Positions 28,903 through 42,525 of a stretch of DNA of 64,000 bases are shown here, piece by piece. Source of the stretch: an uncultured Acidobacteriota bacterium (GTDB taxonomy: Bacteria; Acidobacteriota; Polarisedimenticolia; J045). Numbering within the stretch: the stretch's first letter is position 1; every line of letters begins with the position of its first letter. The stretch is taken from NCBI GenBank assembly GCA_963702425.1, contig CAVPCQ010000012.1, positions 128,001-192,000 of the forward strand, in the 5' to 3' direction. Position numbers and translations under genes: made by a program. The notes under the pieces are model-generated. The model saw nothing but the letters and a program-made list of their open reading frames with translations. It searched no databases and was not told the DNA's origin.

Positions 28903-30388
28903 CGCTGCCGCCGTCCGCGCGGGAGGCCTCGCTGCGGTCGTCCTCGCCGCCGGCGAGGGGACCCGGATGAAGTCGGCCCACGCCAAGGTCCTCCACGAGA
29001 TCGCCGGGCGCCCGCTGGTCGAGCACGTCGTACGCGCGGCGCTCGCCGCTGGCGCATCACCGGTCGTGGTGGTGGTTGGCGTCCAGGGGGACGCGGTCCG
29101 CGCGCGGCTCGAGAAGGCGCTCCCGGGCGCCCCGCTCCGGTTCGTCGAGCAGACCGAGCGGCGCGGCACCGCCGACGCGGTGCGGCGCGCGCTCCCCGCG
29201 CTGGCGAGCTTCGAGGGGACGGCGCTGATCCTCTGCGGCGACGTGCCGGCGCTTCCCGCCGAAGCGGTCGCCGCCCTGGCGGCCGGACATCTTCGGGCCA
29301 GGGCCGCGCTGACCGTACTCACCGCCGGGCTGGCCGACCCCTCGGGCTACGGCCGCGTCGTGCGCGGCCGGGACGGCCGGATCCGTGCGATCGTCGAAGA
29401 GCGCGACGCCACGGCGGCGCAGCGGAAGATCCGCGAGATCAACACCGGGACCTACTGCGCCGACTGGCCCGCGCTGGTCGCCGCGATCGCGAAGATCAAG
29501 CCCGACAACGCGCAGCAGGAGTACTACCTGACCGACGCGGTGCGGGTGCTCCTGGCCGGCCGGCGCCGGGTGCAGGCGGTCGTGCACGGCGCGGCGGACG
29601 AGGCGCTGGGGGTCAATAGCCGGCGCCAGCTCGCGCTGCTGCAGGGGGTGATGAACGAGCGCGTGCTGGGCCGGCTGATGGACGACGGCGTGACCGTGAT
29701 CGACCCGGCGACGACCTGGGTCCACGACACGGTGACGATCGGCGCGGACAGCGTGCTGTACCCGGGCGTGATCCTCGAGGGCGCGACGGCGATCGGCCGC
29801 GGTTGCGTCGTCCGCTCCGGCGCGCGGCTGACCGACTGCCGGCTGGGTGACGGCGTGGAGGTCCGCGAGTACACGATCGCGGCGGAGTCGTCGATCGGCG
29901 ACGGCAGCGCGGTCGGGCCGTTCGCGCACCTGCGGCCGGGGACGGTGCTGGGCGCGCACTGCAAGGTCGGGAACTTCGTCGAGACCAAGCAGGCGGTCTT
30001 CGGCGAGGGCTCGAAGGCCTCGCACCTCTCGTACATCGGGGACGCGGAGCTGGGGCGCGGCGTCAACGTCGGCGCCGGCACGATCACCTGCAACTACGAC
30101 GGCGTCAACAAGAACCGGACGGTGCTGGGGGATGGCGTCTTCATCGGTTCGGACACCCAGCTCGTGGCACCGGTGACGGTCGGCGCCGGGGCCTACGTCG
30201 GGGCCGGGACGACGGTCACCAAGGACGTCCCCGGTGACGCGCTGGCGATCACCCGCGTGGACCAGAAGAACATCGAGGGCTGGGCCCAGAAGCGGCGGGA
30301 GAAGATGGCGGCGCTGACGGCGGCGGCGAAGGCGGGCGGGACCGGAGGCGCCCCGCCCGCGCCGCGGAACCCGCTCGGGGGCCTATAG
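28847..30388 (+). CDS. glmU: Bifunctional UDP-GlcNAc pyrophosphorylase/GlcN-1-P acetyltransferase
   Basis: LAAGEGTRMKS, EINTGTY, EYYLTD, hexapeptide repeats, TCNYDG; AGGAGG before ATG 28847. Confidence 0.96.
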   Translation: MARRSPPRKTPTRAPRSTDAAAVRAGGLAAVVLAAGEGTRMKSAHAKVLHEIAGRPLVEHVVRAALAAGASPVVVVVGVQGDAVRARLEKALPGAPLRFVEQTERRGTADAVRRALPALASFEGTALILCGDVPALPAEAVAALAAGHLRARAALTVLTAGLADPSGYGRVVRGRDGRIRAIVEERDATAAQRKIREINTGTYCADWPALVAAIAKIKPDNAQQEYYLTDAVRVLLAGRRRVQAVVHGAADEALGVNSRRQLALLQGVMNERVLGRLMDDGVTVIDPATTWVHDTVTIGADSVLYPGVILEGATAIGRGCVVRSGARLTDCRLGDGVEVREYTIAAESSIGDGSAVGPFAHLRPGTVLGAHCKVGNFVETKQAVFGEGSKASHLSYIGDAELGRGVNVGAGTITCNYDGVNKNRTVLGDGVFIGSDTQLVAPVTVGAGAYVGAGTTVTKDVPGDALAITRVDQKNIEGWAQKRREKMAALTAAAKAGGTGGAPPAPRNPLGGL

Positions 30389-30456
30389 GACCGGCCACCG
30401 TGCCGGCCCGCCGCGCGCGATCCGCCTTCCGGGCCGGCACGGAGGCCGGCCCCTGC
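30385..30456. repeat. Degenerate REP doublet between glmU and glmS
   Basis: CCGGCCACCGTGCCGGCCC and inverted GGGCCGGCACGGAGGCCGGCCCCTGC. Confidence 0.75.
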
Positions 30457-30558
30457 CGACGACACGATCCACGTCCGCGGGCACTTCGGGCCCCGGGACG
30501 GCATATTTCTCCCGCGCCTCCGGGGGTCCCTTCCCGGTGGCCCCCCGAGGAGCGCTCC

Positions 30559-32409
<1,851 letters not shown>

Positions 32410-32453
32410 CGCGCAGGCCGGGGCGACCCTGGTCGCCGCGGCCTGCACCGCCC

Positions 32454-32479
32454 GTAGGGGCCGGCCTCCGTGCCGGCCC
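32454..32479 (+). repeat. REP copy
   Basis: Exact match to the 1116-1141 unit. Confidence 0.85.
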
Positions 32480-32608
32480 GAACATCGGGCTGCGCCCGTC
32501 GCGCCGGCGCAACCGTCCATCCCCCGCGCGCAACCGTCCGCGACGGGACCCGCCCGCCGGGCGCGTAGAATCGGAGTATCCGCCAACTCACCGGCGGGGA
32601 GGTTCCCG

Positions 32609-35600
32609 ATGGCCCGTCACCCGATTCCCGTCGCGGCGTCTCGCGCGCTCGCCCTGCTCGCCGCCTGCCTCTTCCCTGCGTTCCCCGCTGACTCGAGCAC
32701 GACGCGCGTCCACGGCTCGGTCGTCAAGGCCGACGGCACGCCGGTCGCCGGCGCGCTGGTCGTGGCGCGGCCGAAAGAACTCCCCAAGCCGCCCGAAGCC
32801 GAGGTCACGGGCGACGCGACCGCCAAGCCGGTCCGCCTTCCCGAGATCAAGACCGGCGCCGACGGCCGGTTCTCGCTCGAGGTCGCCGGCTTGCCGCCGG
32901 TCACACTGCGGGTCGAGGCCGCGGGGTACGCCACCGTGGTCCGCAAGGATCTCCCCGGGGACCAGCCGGTGACGGTGACGCTGGAGGCCGGGCTCGCCCT
33001 CGCGGGCCAGGTCTTCGACCGCAAGACGGGACGCCCCCTGGCGAAGGCCGAGATCGAGGCCGCCGGGAGCGACGCCTCCGGCTTCTTCGACCCCGACGAC
33101 GCCAAGCGCTTCCGCGCCAGGACGACAGCCGACGCCCAGGGCCGCTTCCGCTTCGCCAGCCTCTCGCCCGACTACTACTCCGTCTACGCCTCCGCGCCCG
33201 GCTTCCGCACCGCCTCGCGCGACCGCGTCGGCGTCGGGCTGGGCACGGCCCCTGCGGATCTCTTTCTCTACCTCAAGCCCGGGATCGTGATCCCGGGCGG
33301 CGTGGCCGGCAAGGACGGCAAGCCGATCGCCAAGGCGCGCGTCTCCGTCCGCCCCTCCGGCGGCTTCCCGAGCAACCTCGCCGACTGGACGGGGGGCGGC
33401 GAGTTCGTCGCAACGACCGACGACAAGGGGGCGTTCGAGCTCACCGGCGTGCCCCCTGCACAGGCCTACCTGCTCGAGGTGAGACACGACGACTTCGCGA
33501 CGGCGTGGCTCGACGGCGTGCGCGTCACCGACGGCCGGAGGGCCCCGCCGTCGACGATCACGCTCGACCGCGGTGTGGCGCTGACGGGCAAGTTGCTGGC
33601 CGGCGATCAGCCGTTCGACGGGAGGATCGGCGTCGAGGTGACCTACGAGTCGCCCGACGACTGGGCGGGGACGCGGCGCGCCGTCACTCGCAGCGGCCCG
33701 AAGGTGGTGTCGAAGGACGGGGCGTTCCGGATCGAGCGGCTGCCGACCGGGACCGCGACGATCGAAGTCGAGCCCAACGGCTATGCGCCGGTCAAGAAGG
33801 AGAAGGTCGTCCTGGAAGCCGAGCACGGCGCGGACGCGGGCACGCTGACGGTCGAGCGCGGGGCTGCCATCGCCGGGACGGTCGTCGACGAGGCCGGCAA
33901 GCCGGTCGCCGAGGCCGACGTCGCGACCCAGAGCCTGAGCATGACCGGCGGCTTCGTGCGCCGCGAGTGCACCACCGACGCCGAGGGGCGCTTCGCGCTC
34001 GCCGGGCTGCCGGCCGACCGGACCTACGAGGTCACCGCCGCGCACCGCGACTTCGCGTCCGCCTCGCAGAAGGAGCTCAAGACCGACGGCGACGCCGTGA
34101 CGCTGACGCTGCGCGCGAAGGGCTCGGGGACGGTGACCGGCCGCGTGACCGCGGGCGATCCTCCCATGCCGGTGGTCGGGCTCTACGTCGAAGCGGTCCC
34201 TAAGGGGGACGCGAGCCCGATGGGGATGCTGACCGCGCTCGGGATGGGGGTGGAGAAGCGCGCGATGCACGCCCCCGATGGCCGCTTCACGCTCGAGAAC
34301 GTCACCCCGGGCACGTACACCTTCAAGGTCACGGCCGAGGGCCTCGTGCCGGCGCGGATCGAGGAAAAGGAACTCGTCCCCGGCCAGCCGCTCGACCTGG
34401 GGGAGATCCGGCTCGACAAGGGGGCCACCGTGCAGGGCCTGGTCCTCGACAAGGGGAGCAAGGCGCCGGTCGGCGGTGCAGCGATCGCGATCGAGGAGGG
34501 CGGCGGCCTGGCCGGGATGATGAAGCAGATGGACCCGAACCAGCGTCCCGCCGCGACCACCGGGCCGGACGGCCGCTTCACGCTGAGCGGGATCGCGCCA
34601 GGCCAGCTCACGCTGCGGGCCGAGTCGGAGCGCTACGCGCCGACCAAGGCGACGCTCGACGTCCAGCCCGGCGTCCCGCTCGCCGATCTGACGGTCGATC
34701 TGGGGCCCGGCGGCGCCATCGAGGGGATCGTCCGCGACAAGAGCGGCCTGCCGCAGCCCAACTACATGGTCACCGCGACGACCGGATTCGGCGCCAACCT
34801 GCGGATGATCACCTCCACCGACGAGGTCGGACACTACAAGATCGACAACGTCCCACCCGGCGACTACATGGTCGTCAGCATGCCGAGCCCGCGCGGCGGG
34901 GGCGGCGAGAACGCCCAGGCCGAGATGATGAGCAAGATGCTGATGCAGTCGGTCAAGGTCGAGGAGGCACGCACGGCGGTGCTCAACTTCCCGGCCGGCG
35001 GCGGCGCGGCGATCACGGTCAAGGGGGTGGTGCGGCGCGGGCGCTCGCCGCTCGAATCGCGCGTCTTCTTCGTCAAGACCGACGCCGCCAACGCGGTCTC
35101 GGACCTGGCGACGACGCAGACCGGGGCCGACGGCAGCTTCGAGGTCCGCCTCGGCGGCGCGGGCGAGTACCGCGCGGCGGTCATGCCGATCGATACCAAG
35201 CCGGGCGACGTCGGGACGAGCGTGAAAGTCACGATCCCCGACGGCAAGGCGATCGTCGAGCAAGACCTGGTCCTCTCCGAGTCGGAGGTCACGGGCCAGG
35301 TGACCGACCTCGACGGCGGCCTGCCGCTCAAGGGGGCGCGCGTCGTCGCGGTGCAGGTCGATGAGGCCGGGGAAGTCGACGAGCGTACGACCTCCAGCGG
35401 CAGCGCGACGACCGACGAGGACGGGCGCTTCGTGGTGGCCGGGCTCGAGCCCGGGGACTGGCGGCTGTCGGTGCTGAAGGACGGTTATGGCTCGGAGACG
35501 ATCGGGCCGCTCACGATCAAGCCCGACGCCAAACTCGAGGGGAAGAACGCGGGGCTGCGCACCGCCCGGCCGATGGTCTTCGTCGTCAGGGACGAGCAGG

Positions 35601-36121
35601 GGCAGCCGGTGCAGGGGGCGATGGTGCTGCGGGCCGACTTGGGGACCGCGGGGGCCGGGGTCGGGATGGACATGGGCAGCGACCTCGACGGCAGGGCCCA
35701 GGTCAAGCACCTCGCCGACGGGACCTACGACCTGGTCGTCGTCGCCTCCGGCTTCGCGCTCAAGGTGCTGCCGCGCGTGCCGGTCGGCGAGGAGGCGCCG
35801 AGGGAGATCCCGGTGAAGCTGCAGCGCGGCCAGCCGGTCACGGTGCGGGTCGTCGACAACGCCGGCAAGGGGGTCGGCGGGATGATGGTCGCGGTGAAGG
35901 ATGCGTCCGGCCTCGACCTCAGCTCGATGCTGGTCCTGCAGCGGATCTTCTCGCAGGAGGGGTACAGCCTCGGGACCGACGCCTCCGGCACCGCGAAGCT
36001 CACCGCGCTCGAGACCGGCAAGTACGAGTTCACCTTCAAGCGCGGCAAAGACGTCGTCACGCGGCAGGCGGTCAAGGTGAAGGCCGGCGAGCCGACGACG
36101 GTCGAGGTGAAGCTGCCGTAG
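32609..36121 (+). CDS. Large secreted carboxypeptidase-regulatory-like (Cna-B/prealbumin-fold) repeat protein
   Basis: Signal peptide; about 11 repeats of GxVxDxxGxPxxxAxV...TDxxGRFxxxGLxPGxY. Confidence 0.85.
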   Translation: MARHPIPVAASRALALLAACLFPAFPADSSTTRVHGSVVKADGTPVAGALVVARPKELPKPPEAEVTGDATAKPVRLPEIKTGADGRFSLEVAGLPPVTLRVEAAGYATVVRKDLPGDQPVTVTLEAGLALAGQVFDRKTGRPLAKAEIEAAGSDASGFFDPDDAKRFRARTTADAQGRFRFASLSPDYYSVYASAPGFRTASRDRVGVGLGTAPADLFLYLKPGIVIPGGVAGKDGKPIAKARVSVRPSGGFPSNLADWTGGGEFVATTDDKGAFELTGVPPAQAYLLEVRHDDFATAWLDGVRVTDGRRAPPSTITLDRGVALTGKLLAGDQPFDGRIGVEVTYESPDDWAGTRRAVTRSGPKVVSKDGAFRIERLPTGTATIEVEPNGYAPVKKEKVVLEAEHGADAGTLTVERGAAIAGTVVDEAGKPVAEADVATQSLSMTGGFVRRECTTDAEGRFALAGLPADRTYEVTAAHRDFASASQKELKTDGDAVTLTLRAKGSGTVTGRVTAGDPPMPVVGLYVEAVPKGDASPMGMLTALGMGVEKRAMHAPDGRFTLENVTPGTYTFKVTAEGLVPARIEEKELVPGQPLDLGEIRLDKGATVQGLVLDKGSKAPVGGAAIAIEEGGGLAGMMKQMDPNQRPAATTGPDGRFTLSGIAPGQLTLRAESERYAPTKATLDVQPGVPLADLTVDLGPGGAIEGIVRDKSGLPQPNYMVTATTGFGANLRMITSTDEVGHYKIDNVPPGDYMVVSMPSPRGGGGENAQAEMMSKMLMQSVKVEEARTAVLNFPAGGGAAITVKGVVRRGRSPLESRVFFVKTDAANAVSDLATTQTGADGSFEVRLGGAGEYRAAVMPIDTKPGDVGTSVKVTIPDGKAIVEQDLVLSESEVTGQVTDLDGGLPLKGARVVAVQVDEAGEVDERTTSSGSATTDEDGRFVVAGLEPGDWRLSVLKDGYGSETIGPLTIKPDAKLEGKNAGLRTARPMVFVVRDEQGQPVQGAMVLRADLGTAGAGVGMDMGSDLDGRAQVKHLADGTYDLVVVASGFALKVLPRVPVGEEAPREIPVKLQRGQPVTVRVVDNAGKGVGGMMVAVKDASGLDLSSMLVLQRIFSQEGYSLGTDASGTAKLTALETGKYEFTFKRGKDVVTRQAVKVKAGEPTTVEVKLP

Positions 36122-36195
36122 CGGCGGAGCCGGGCCGGGTCCCGGTCCCGGCGTGGCCACCCTGCTTGCGGCGCCCGACCGATCGGATCCCCCCG

Positions 36196-36708
36196 TCACG
36201 ATGCCCGGATCCGTTGCGAGGGCGGCGCAGCACCGCGGGCTGCCGCCAGCGATTCGTAGCGTCCCCCGAAGAAGAGCAGAGGATCCTCTCGGTCCCCAGC
36301 CCCGACCGCCTCCACGGCCGCCACGACGATCGTGTGATCGCCCGCCGCGTGGGCGGCCACGAGCGCGCAGTCGAGGTGTGCGAGACATCCCCGAAGGACC
36401 GGCGTGGCGCCTCGCGAGACGTCGTGGGAGAGGCGAGTCGTTCCGTCGCGTCCACGCCCCGCGAAGTGGTCTGCCAGGTCCTGCTGGTCGCGTGACAGGA
36501 CGTTGACGCAGAAGCGCGAAGCACGGAGCAGCGCGTCGTGGATGCGCGCGTGTCGCGCGATGCAGACCAGGATCAGCGGCGGGTGGAGCGACACCGAGGT
36601 GAAGGAGTTCACGGTAATGCCACGCACGTCCCCCTCCGTCTCCAGCGTGAGCACCGCAACGCCGGTTGCCCACGCCCGCATCGCGGTCCTGAAGTCGATA
36701 GCCATCAT
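36196..36708 (-). CDS. Flavin reductase (HpaC/RutF-like)
   Basis: FRTAMRAWATGV, TVNSFTSVSLHPPLI, AGDHTIVV. Confidence 0.9.
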   Translation of the reverse strand: MMAIDFRTAMRAWATGVAVLTLETEGDVRGITVNSFTSVSLHPPLILVCIARHARIHDALLRASRFCVNVLSRDQQDLADHFAGRGRDGTTRLSHDVSRGATPVLRGCLAHLDCALVAAHAAGDHTIVVAAVEAVGAGDREDPLLFFGGRYESLAAARGAAPPSQRIRAS

Positions 36709-36728
36709 CCGTGCCTCCTCCCGGGGCG

Positions 36729-37871
36729 TCACCGCCCCTCTTCGATCTCGAGTCCGAGCAGCAGGCCGCCGGTGAACCGGAGCTGTGCCGCTTCCTGCAG
36801 CGGGTGAAAGCGGGCGGCCTGCACGTCGCGGAAGAGCCGCTCGATCACTGAACCGCGGTAGAACGCCTGTCCCCCCGCGATCATGAGGGCCCGCTCGACG
36901 GTCTCGATGGCGAAGCGCGCCGCGAGGGTGCGGCCGATCATCACGTCGCTCGTCGCTTCGCGGCCCGGCTCGCGTGTCGTGGCCAGCGCCAGCATCTGCT
37001 CGAGCGCCATCCGCGCACCGGCCAGCGCGTTTTCCATCTCGCCGACGCGCAGGGGCAGGCCGGGATCGCCCCGCCGCACGACCGCGAGCGCCGTGTCGCG
37101 TGCGCACTCGGCGATCCCGACATACACCGCCGAGATCAGCGGCAGGGCGAGCAGGCCGATGACGTGGTAGAGGTGGTGCCACCGCCCGGCGGGGCGACGG
37201 GTTCCGACGGCGCCGTCCGGGACGAACACGCCGTCCAGCCGGATGTCGTGCGACCCCGTTCCGCGCATGCCGAGGGTGTGCCAGGTGTCGAGGATCCGGA
37301 CCCCCTCGGTACGGAGCGGCACCCCGAAGTGGAGCACCGTGGGGCCGTCGGCCGGGTCGTCGCAGAGGGCGGTCGTCATCAGTAGATCGCCGGCGGGTGC
37401 GCCGCTGACGAAGATCTTGCGCGCGGTGACCCGCCAGCCGCCGTCGGCGCGCTCGGCCGACCCGGACCCGGCGATCCAGTCGGACCCTCCGCTGGTGACG
37501 ACGACGAGCTGCTCGCCCGCCACGCGGCGCAGGAAGCCCTCGACGGGCGCGTGCTCGTGTCGCCAGCGCCAGGCCGCCGTGGCGACGACGTGCGTGTGCA
37601 TCGCCAGGGCGAGAGCGGTGGACGGGCAGCCGTGCGCGACGACGCGCAGCATCCCGGCCAGCTCGTGATAGGAGGCGTCGCCGCCCCCGAGTTCGCCGGG
37701 TACCGCGGCCGCGAACGCGCGGAGCTGCTTGAGCTCGGCGTAGTTGTCGGCGACGAACGAGTCGTCGGCATCGTGCCGGGCCGCGCGCACGGCGAAGGAC
37801 GGGACGAGGTCCCGCGCGATGGCAACCCAGTCGAGCCGCCCGCGGGTCGTGGGGTCGATCGTTGAGCTCAT
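36729..37871 (-). CDS. Acyl-CoA dehydrogenase-fold protein, likely flavin-dependent monooxygenase
   Basis: KIFVSG, WHTLGMRGTGSHDI, IERLFRDVQAARFHP. Confidence 0.85.
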   Translation of the reverse strand: MSSTIDPTTRGRLDWVAIARDLVPSFAVRAARHDADDSFVADNYAELKQLRAFAAAVPGELGGGDASYHELAGMLRVVAHGCPSTALALAMHTHVVATAAWRWRHEHAPVEGFLRRVAGEQLVVVTSGGSDWIAGSGSAERADGGWRVTARKIFVSGAPAGDLLMTTALCDDPADGPTVLHFGVPLRTEGVRILDTWHTLGMRGTGSHDIRLDGVFVPDGAVGTRRPAGRWHHLYHVIGLLALPLISAVYVGIAECARDTALAVVRRGDPGLPLRVGEMENALAGARMALEQMLALATTREPGREATSDVMIGRTLAARFAIETVERALMIAGGQAFYRGSVIERLFRDVQAARFHPLQEAAQLRFTGGLLLGLEIEEGR

Positions 37872-38138
37872 CGGCTTCGCTCCTTGGGGCCCCGCTCGTC
37901 GGACGGGACGCGGGGGAAGCGGTTCCTGGCGTCACCCGGGAGATGCGGCGCGGTCCCGGCGACGGCGACGGGAATGCCAAAACGGTATGTCATGCGGCTG
38001 TCCTCCCGTGCGGCGACACGATCCGGCGTTCTGCTCATCGCCATGCACGGGATCGACTCTAGTAACGACGGACGGGTTGCTCCATGCTCCAGCGTCCGGT
38101 ATCCATGACGGAGCTGCCGGCGATCGCGCCAGGACGCC

Positions 38139-38169
38139 CGATCGTCCGGCCTGGCTGCTCGATCGTCCG
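38139..38169 (+). promoter_or_regulatory. Putative AraC-family operator (CGATCGTCCG direct repeat, 21-bp period)
   Basis: Exact 10-mer at 38139 and 38160 between the divergent ACAD and araC-like genes. Confidence 0.45.
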
Positions 38170-38186
38170 ACGATCCAGGTGACGAA

Positions 38187-39185
38187 ATGGCCTCCGATAC
38201 GCTCTCCGATGTGCTCGACGCCATCCGCCTGAGCGGAGCTGTCTTCTTCTCGGTCGAGGCGTCGGCTCCGTGGGTCGCGGAAGCGCCTCCCGCGGCGGTG
38301 CTGGCCCCCATGGTCATGCCGGGAGCCGAGCACGTCGTGGAGTATCACGTCGTGGCGCGCGGGTCTGCGTGGGGCGGGATCGTGGGCGGCGAGGCGGTGC
38401 TGCTCCATGCGGGCGACGTCATCGTGTTCCCGCAGGGCGACGCGCATGCGATGTCCAGCTCTCCTGGAATGCGCGCCGAGCCGCAACTGTCCCTGCACCG
38501 GCGAGTTCCCGGCATGCAACTCCCCTTCCCGCTGGTCCTCGGGGCTGGCACCCGACGGGAAGTGCATGTCGTGTGCGGATTCCTCGGGTGCGATGCGCGA
38601 CCATTCAACCCGCTGCTCGCCGCTCTGCCGAGGATGCTTGTCGTGCGCGGGGAACGCGGCGGCGGCGTGGACTGGCTCGAGCAGTTCGTCCGGATCGCGG
38701 TTGCCGAGTCGACCCGGAAGCGGCTCGGTGGCGAATGCGTGCTGGCCCGGCTGTCCGAGCTGATGTTCGTCGAGATCCTGCGGCGCCACCTGTCGTCGTT
38801 GCCCGAGGGGGAGCGCGGCTGGCTCGCGGGGCTTCGCGATCCCGTCGTCGGGCGGGCGCTCGGCCTGCTCCACGGGCAGCCGGCAGCGGCCTGGTCGCTT
38901 GAGGACCTGGCGCGCGAGGTGGGCGCTTCGCGATCGTCGTTCGCGGATCGCTTCGCGCAGTTCGTCGGGCAGCCCCCGATGCAATACCTGGCTCGCTGGC
39001 GCATGCAGGTCGCCGCAGGACTGCTCGCACGCGGCACTGCGAGCGTCGCCGAGGTGGCGGCAAAGGTGGGATACGACTCCGAGGCGGCGTTCAGCCGCGC
39101 TTTCAAGAAGCACGTCGGCACGGCGCCCGGGGAATGGCGCAGGGACCGCTCGCGCCGCGCACCGGAGGACATCCGGGCGCAGTGA
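38187..39185 (+). CDS. AraC-family regulator with cupin domain
   Basis: Cupin N-terminus; WSLEDLAREVGASRSSF and VGYDSEAAFSRAFKK HTH motifs. Confidence 0.93.
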   Translation: MASDTLSDVLDAIRLSGAVFFSVEASAPWVAEAPPAAVLAPMVMPGAEHVVEYHVVARGSAWGGIVGGEAVLLHAGDVIVFPQGDAHAMSSSPGMRAEPQLSLHRRVPGMQLPFPLVLGAGTRREVHVVCGFLGCDARPFNPLLAALPRMLVVRGERGGGVDWLEQFVRIAVAESTRKRLGGECVLARLSELMFVEILRRHLSSLPEGERGWLAGLRDPVVGRALGLLHGQPAAAWSLEDLAREVGASRSSFADRFAQFVGQPPMQYLARWRMQVAAGLLARGTASVAEVAAKVGYDSEAAFSRAFKKHVGTAPGEWRRDRSRRAPEDIRAQ

Positions 39186-39324
39186 GGCGCGGCCTGGTCG
39201 CTTGCCAGGGCCCGGGCAGCCGGGGCCGCGATGACGCCGGGGGGCGCACATTCGATCCGCGGCGCGAGGCTGTGGCACAATCCCCCGCCCTTTCCCGCCC
39301 GCTTCCGCCGGAGACGCTGCCCCC

Positions 39325-41618
<2,294 letters not shown>

Positions 41619-41713
41619 CGGCCGTCAAGGCGCCGTCGCTCGCTCGAACTCCGGCCGCACGCCGTCAAAGCCCCTTCGACCCGCCTTCACGACCGTGGTA
41701 CGGTTCCGGCGCG

Positions 41714-42062
41714 ATGAGAACGGTGACCGAGCAGGATCCGATTTCCCTGCGACGAATTGCGTCGCATGGCGACCGACCGCTTCGGAGATCTGGTGAAGGC
41801 CGTGGTCGACCTCGGCCGGAGGATCATGGTCGTCGACGCCGAGCTTCACGCTGACGAGGAAGCCGAGCTCCTCGCCGGCGGCTCGCAACAGGGGAACCTC
41901 TGGGGCGTCAATCTCTATCCTGACGTTCCCGGCAACGACTGGCTCGAGTTCGACTCGATGATCAACCTCCGCCCTTCGCGCGGCAATCGCTCGCGCAGTG
42001 TCGACGATCCGGCGACCCGAGAGGACATCACCGCCCTGGTGAACCGCCTGGTGCGTCGATGA
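41714..42062 (+). CDS. DUF5674-like protein; apparent frameshift at ~41749
   Basis: VKAVVD...ELHADEE...NLWGVNLYP...EFDSMINLRP; the natural N-terminus MRTVTEQDPISL lies one base out of frame. Confidence 0.7.
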
Positions 42063-42436
42063 GCGAGGCCAAGCATGGGGAACTGGCTGCCGGGCGGTGG
42101 TGGACGCTCACCCTCGCCGAGCAGCTCGGCAACATCGGGAGCGAGGTCAGCCGGACGCTGAAGTGGCGATCACGGGACGCTGGAATCGCACAGGGCGCCC
42201 TGGAGCGCGCGCTGGAGCTGATCGAGCTCACGCTCGACGATCCGCGGCATCGCGCCTCCGCCGCCCGCCTGCGTGAGCTCTGCCGGATGCGCGAGGTGCT
42301 GCTGGACTACCTCGTCGGGGCCAACGAGTACGGCTCGACGGAGCGCGACCTGCAGCGCTACTTCGACGTCTTCGCCGCGGCCGCGACGAGGCGGCCGCGC
42401 GATGCGGACGGCGGGGAGGCGCCCCGGAAGGCGTGA
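42059..42436 (+). CDS. Hypothetical helical protein coupled to the DUF5674-like gene
   Basis: ATGA overlap; EQLGNIGSEV, RALELIELT and ELCRMREVLLDY motifs. Confidence 0.75.
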   Translation: MSEAKHGELAAGRWWTLTLAEQLGNIGSEVSRTLKWRSRDAGIAQGALERALELIELTLDDPRHRASAARLRELCRMREVLLDYLVGANEYGSTERDLQRYFDVFAAAATRRPRDADGGEAPRKA

Positions 42437-42525
42437 CGGCCTATAGTCACCCGTCGTCTCTCGCCACGGGTCCGTTCCGGCCGCCAGGCAGGGCACCGCA
42501 CGACGAGCCGCGGCGCGCCGCCCTC

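Noticed and set aside
30389-30558. glmS ribozyme upstream of glmS
   Set aside because: I could not find the conserved ribozyme core; the region is largely explained by a REP doublet.
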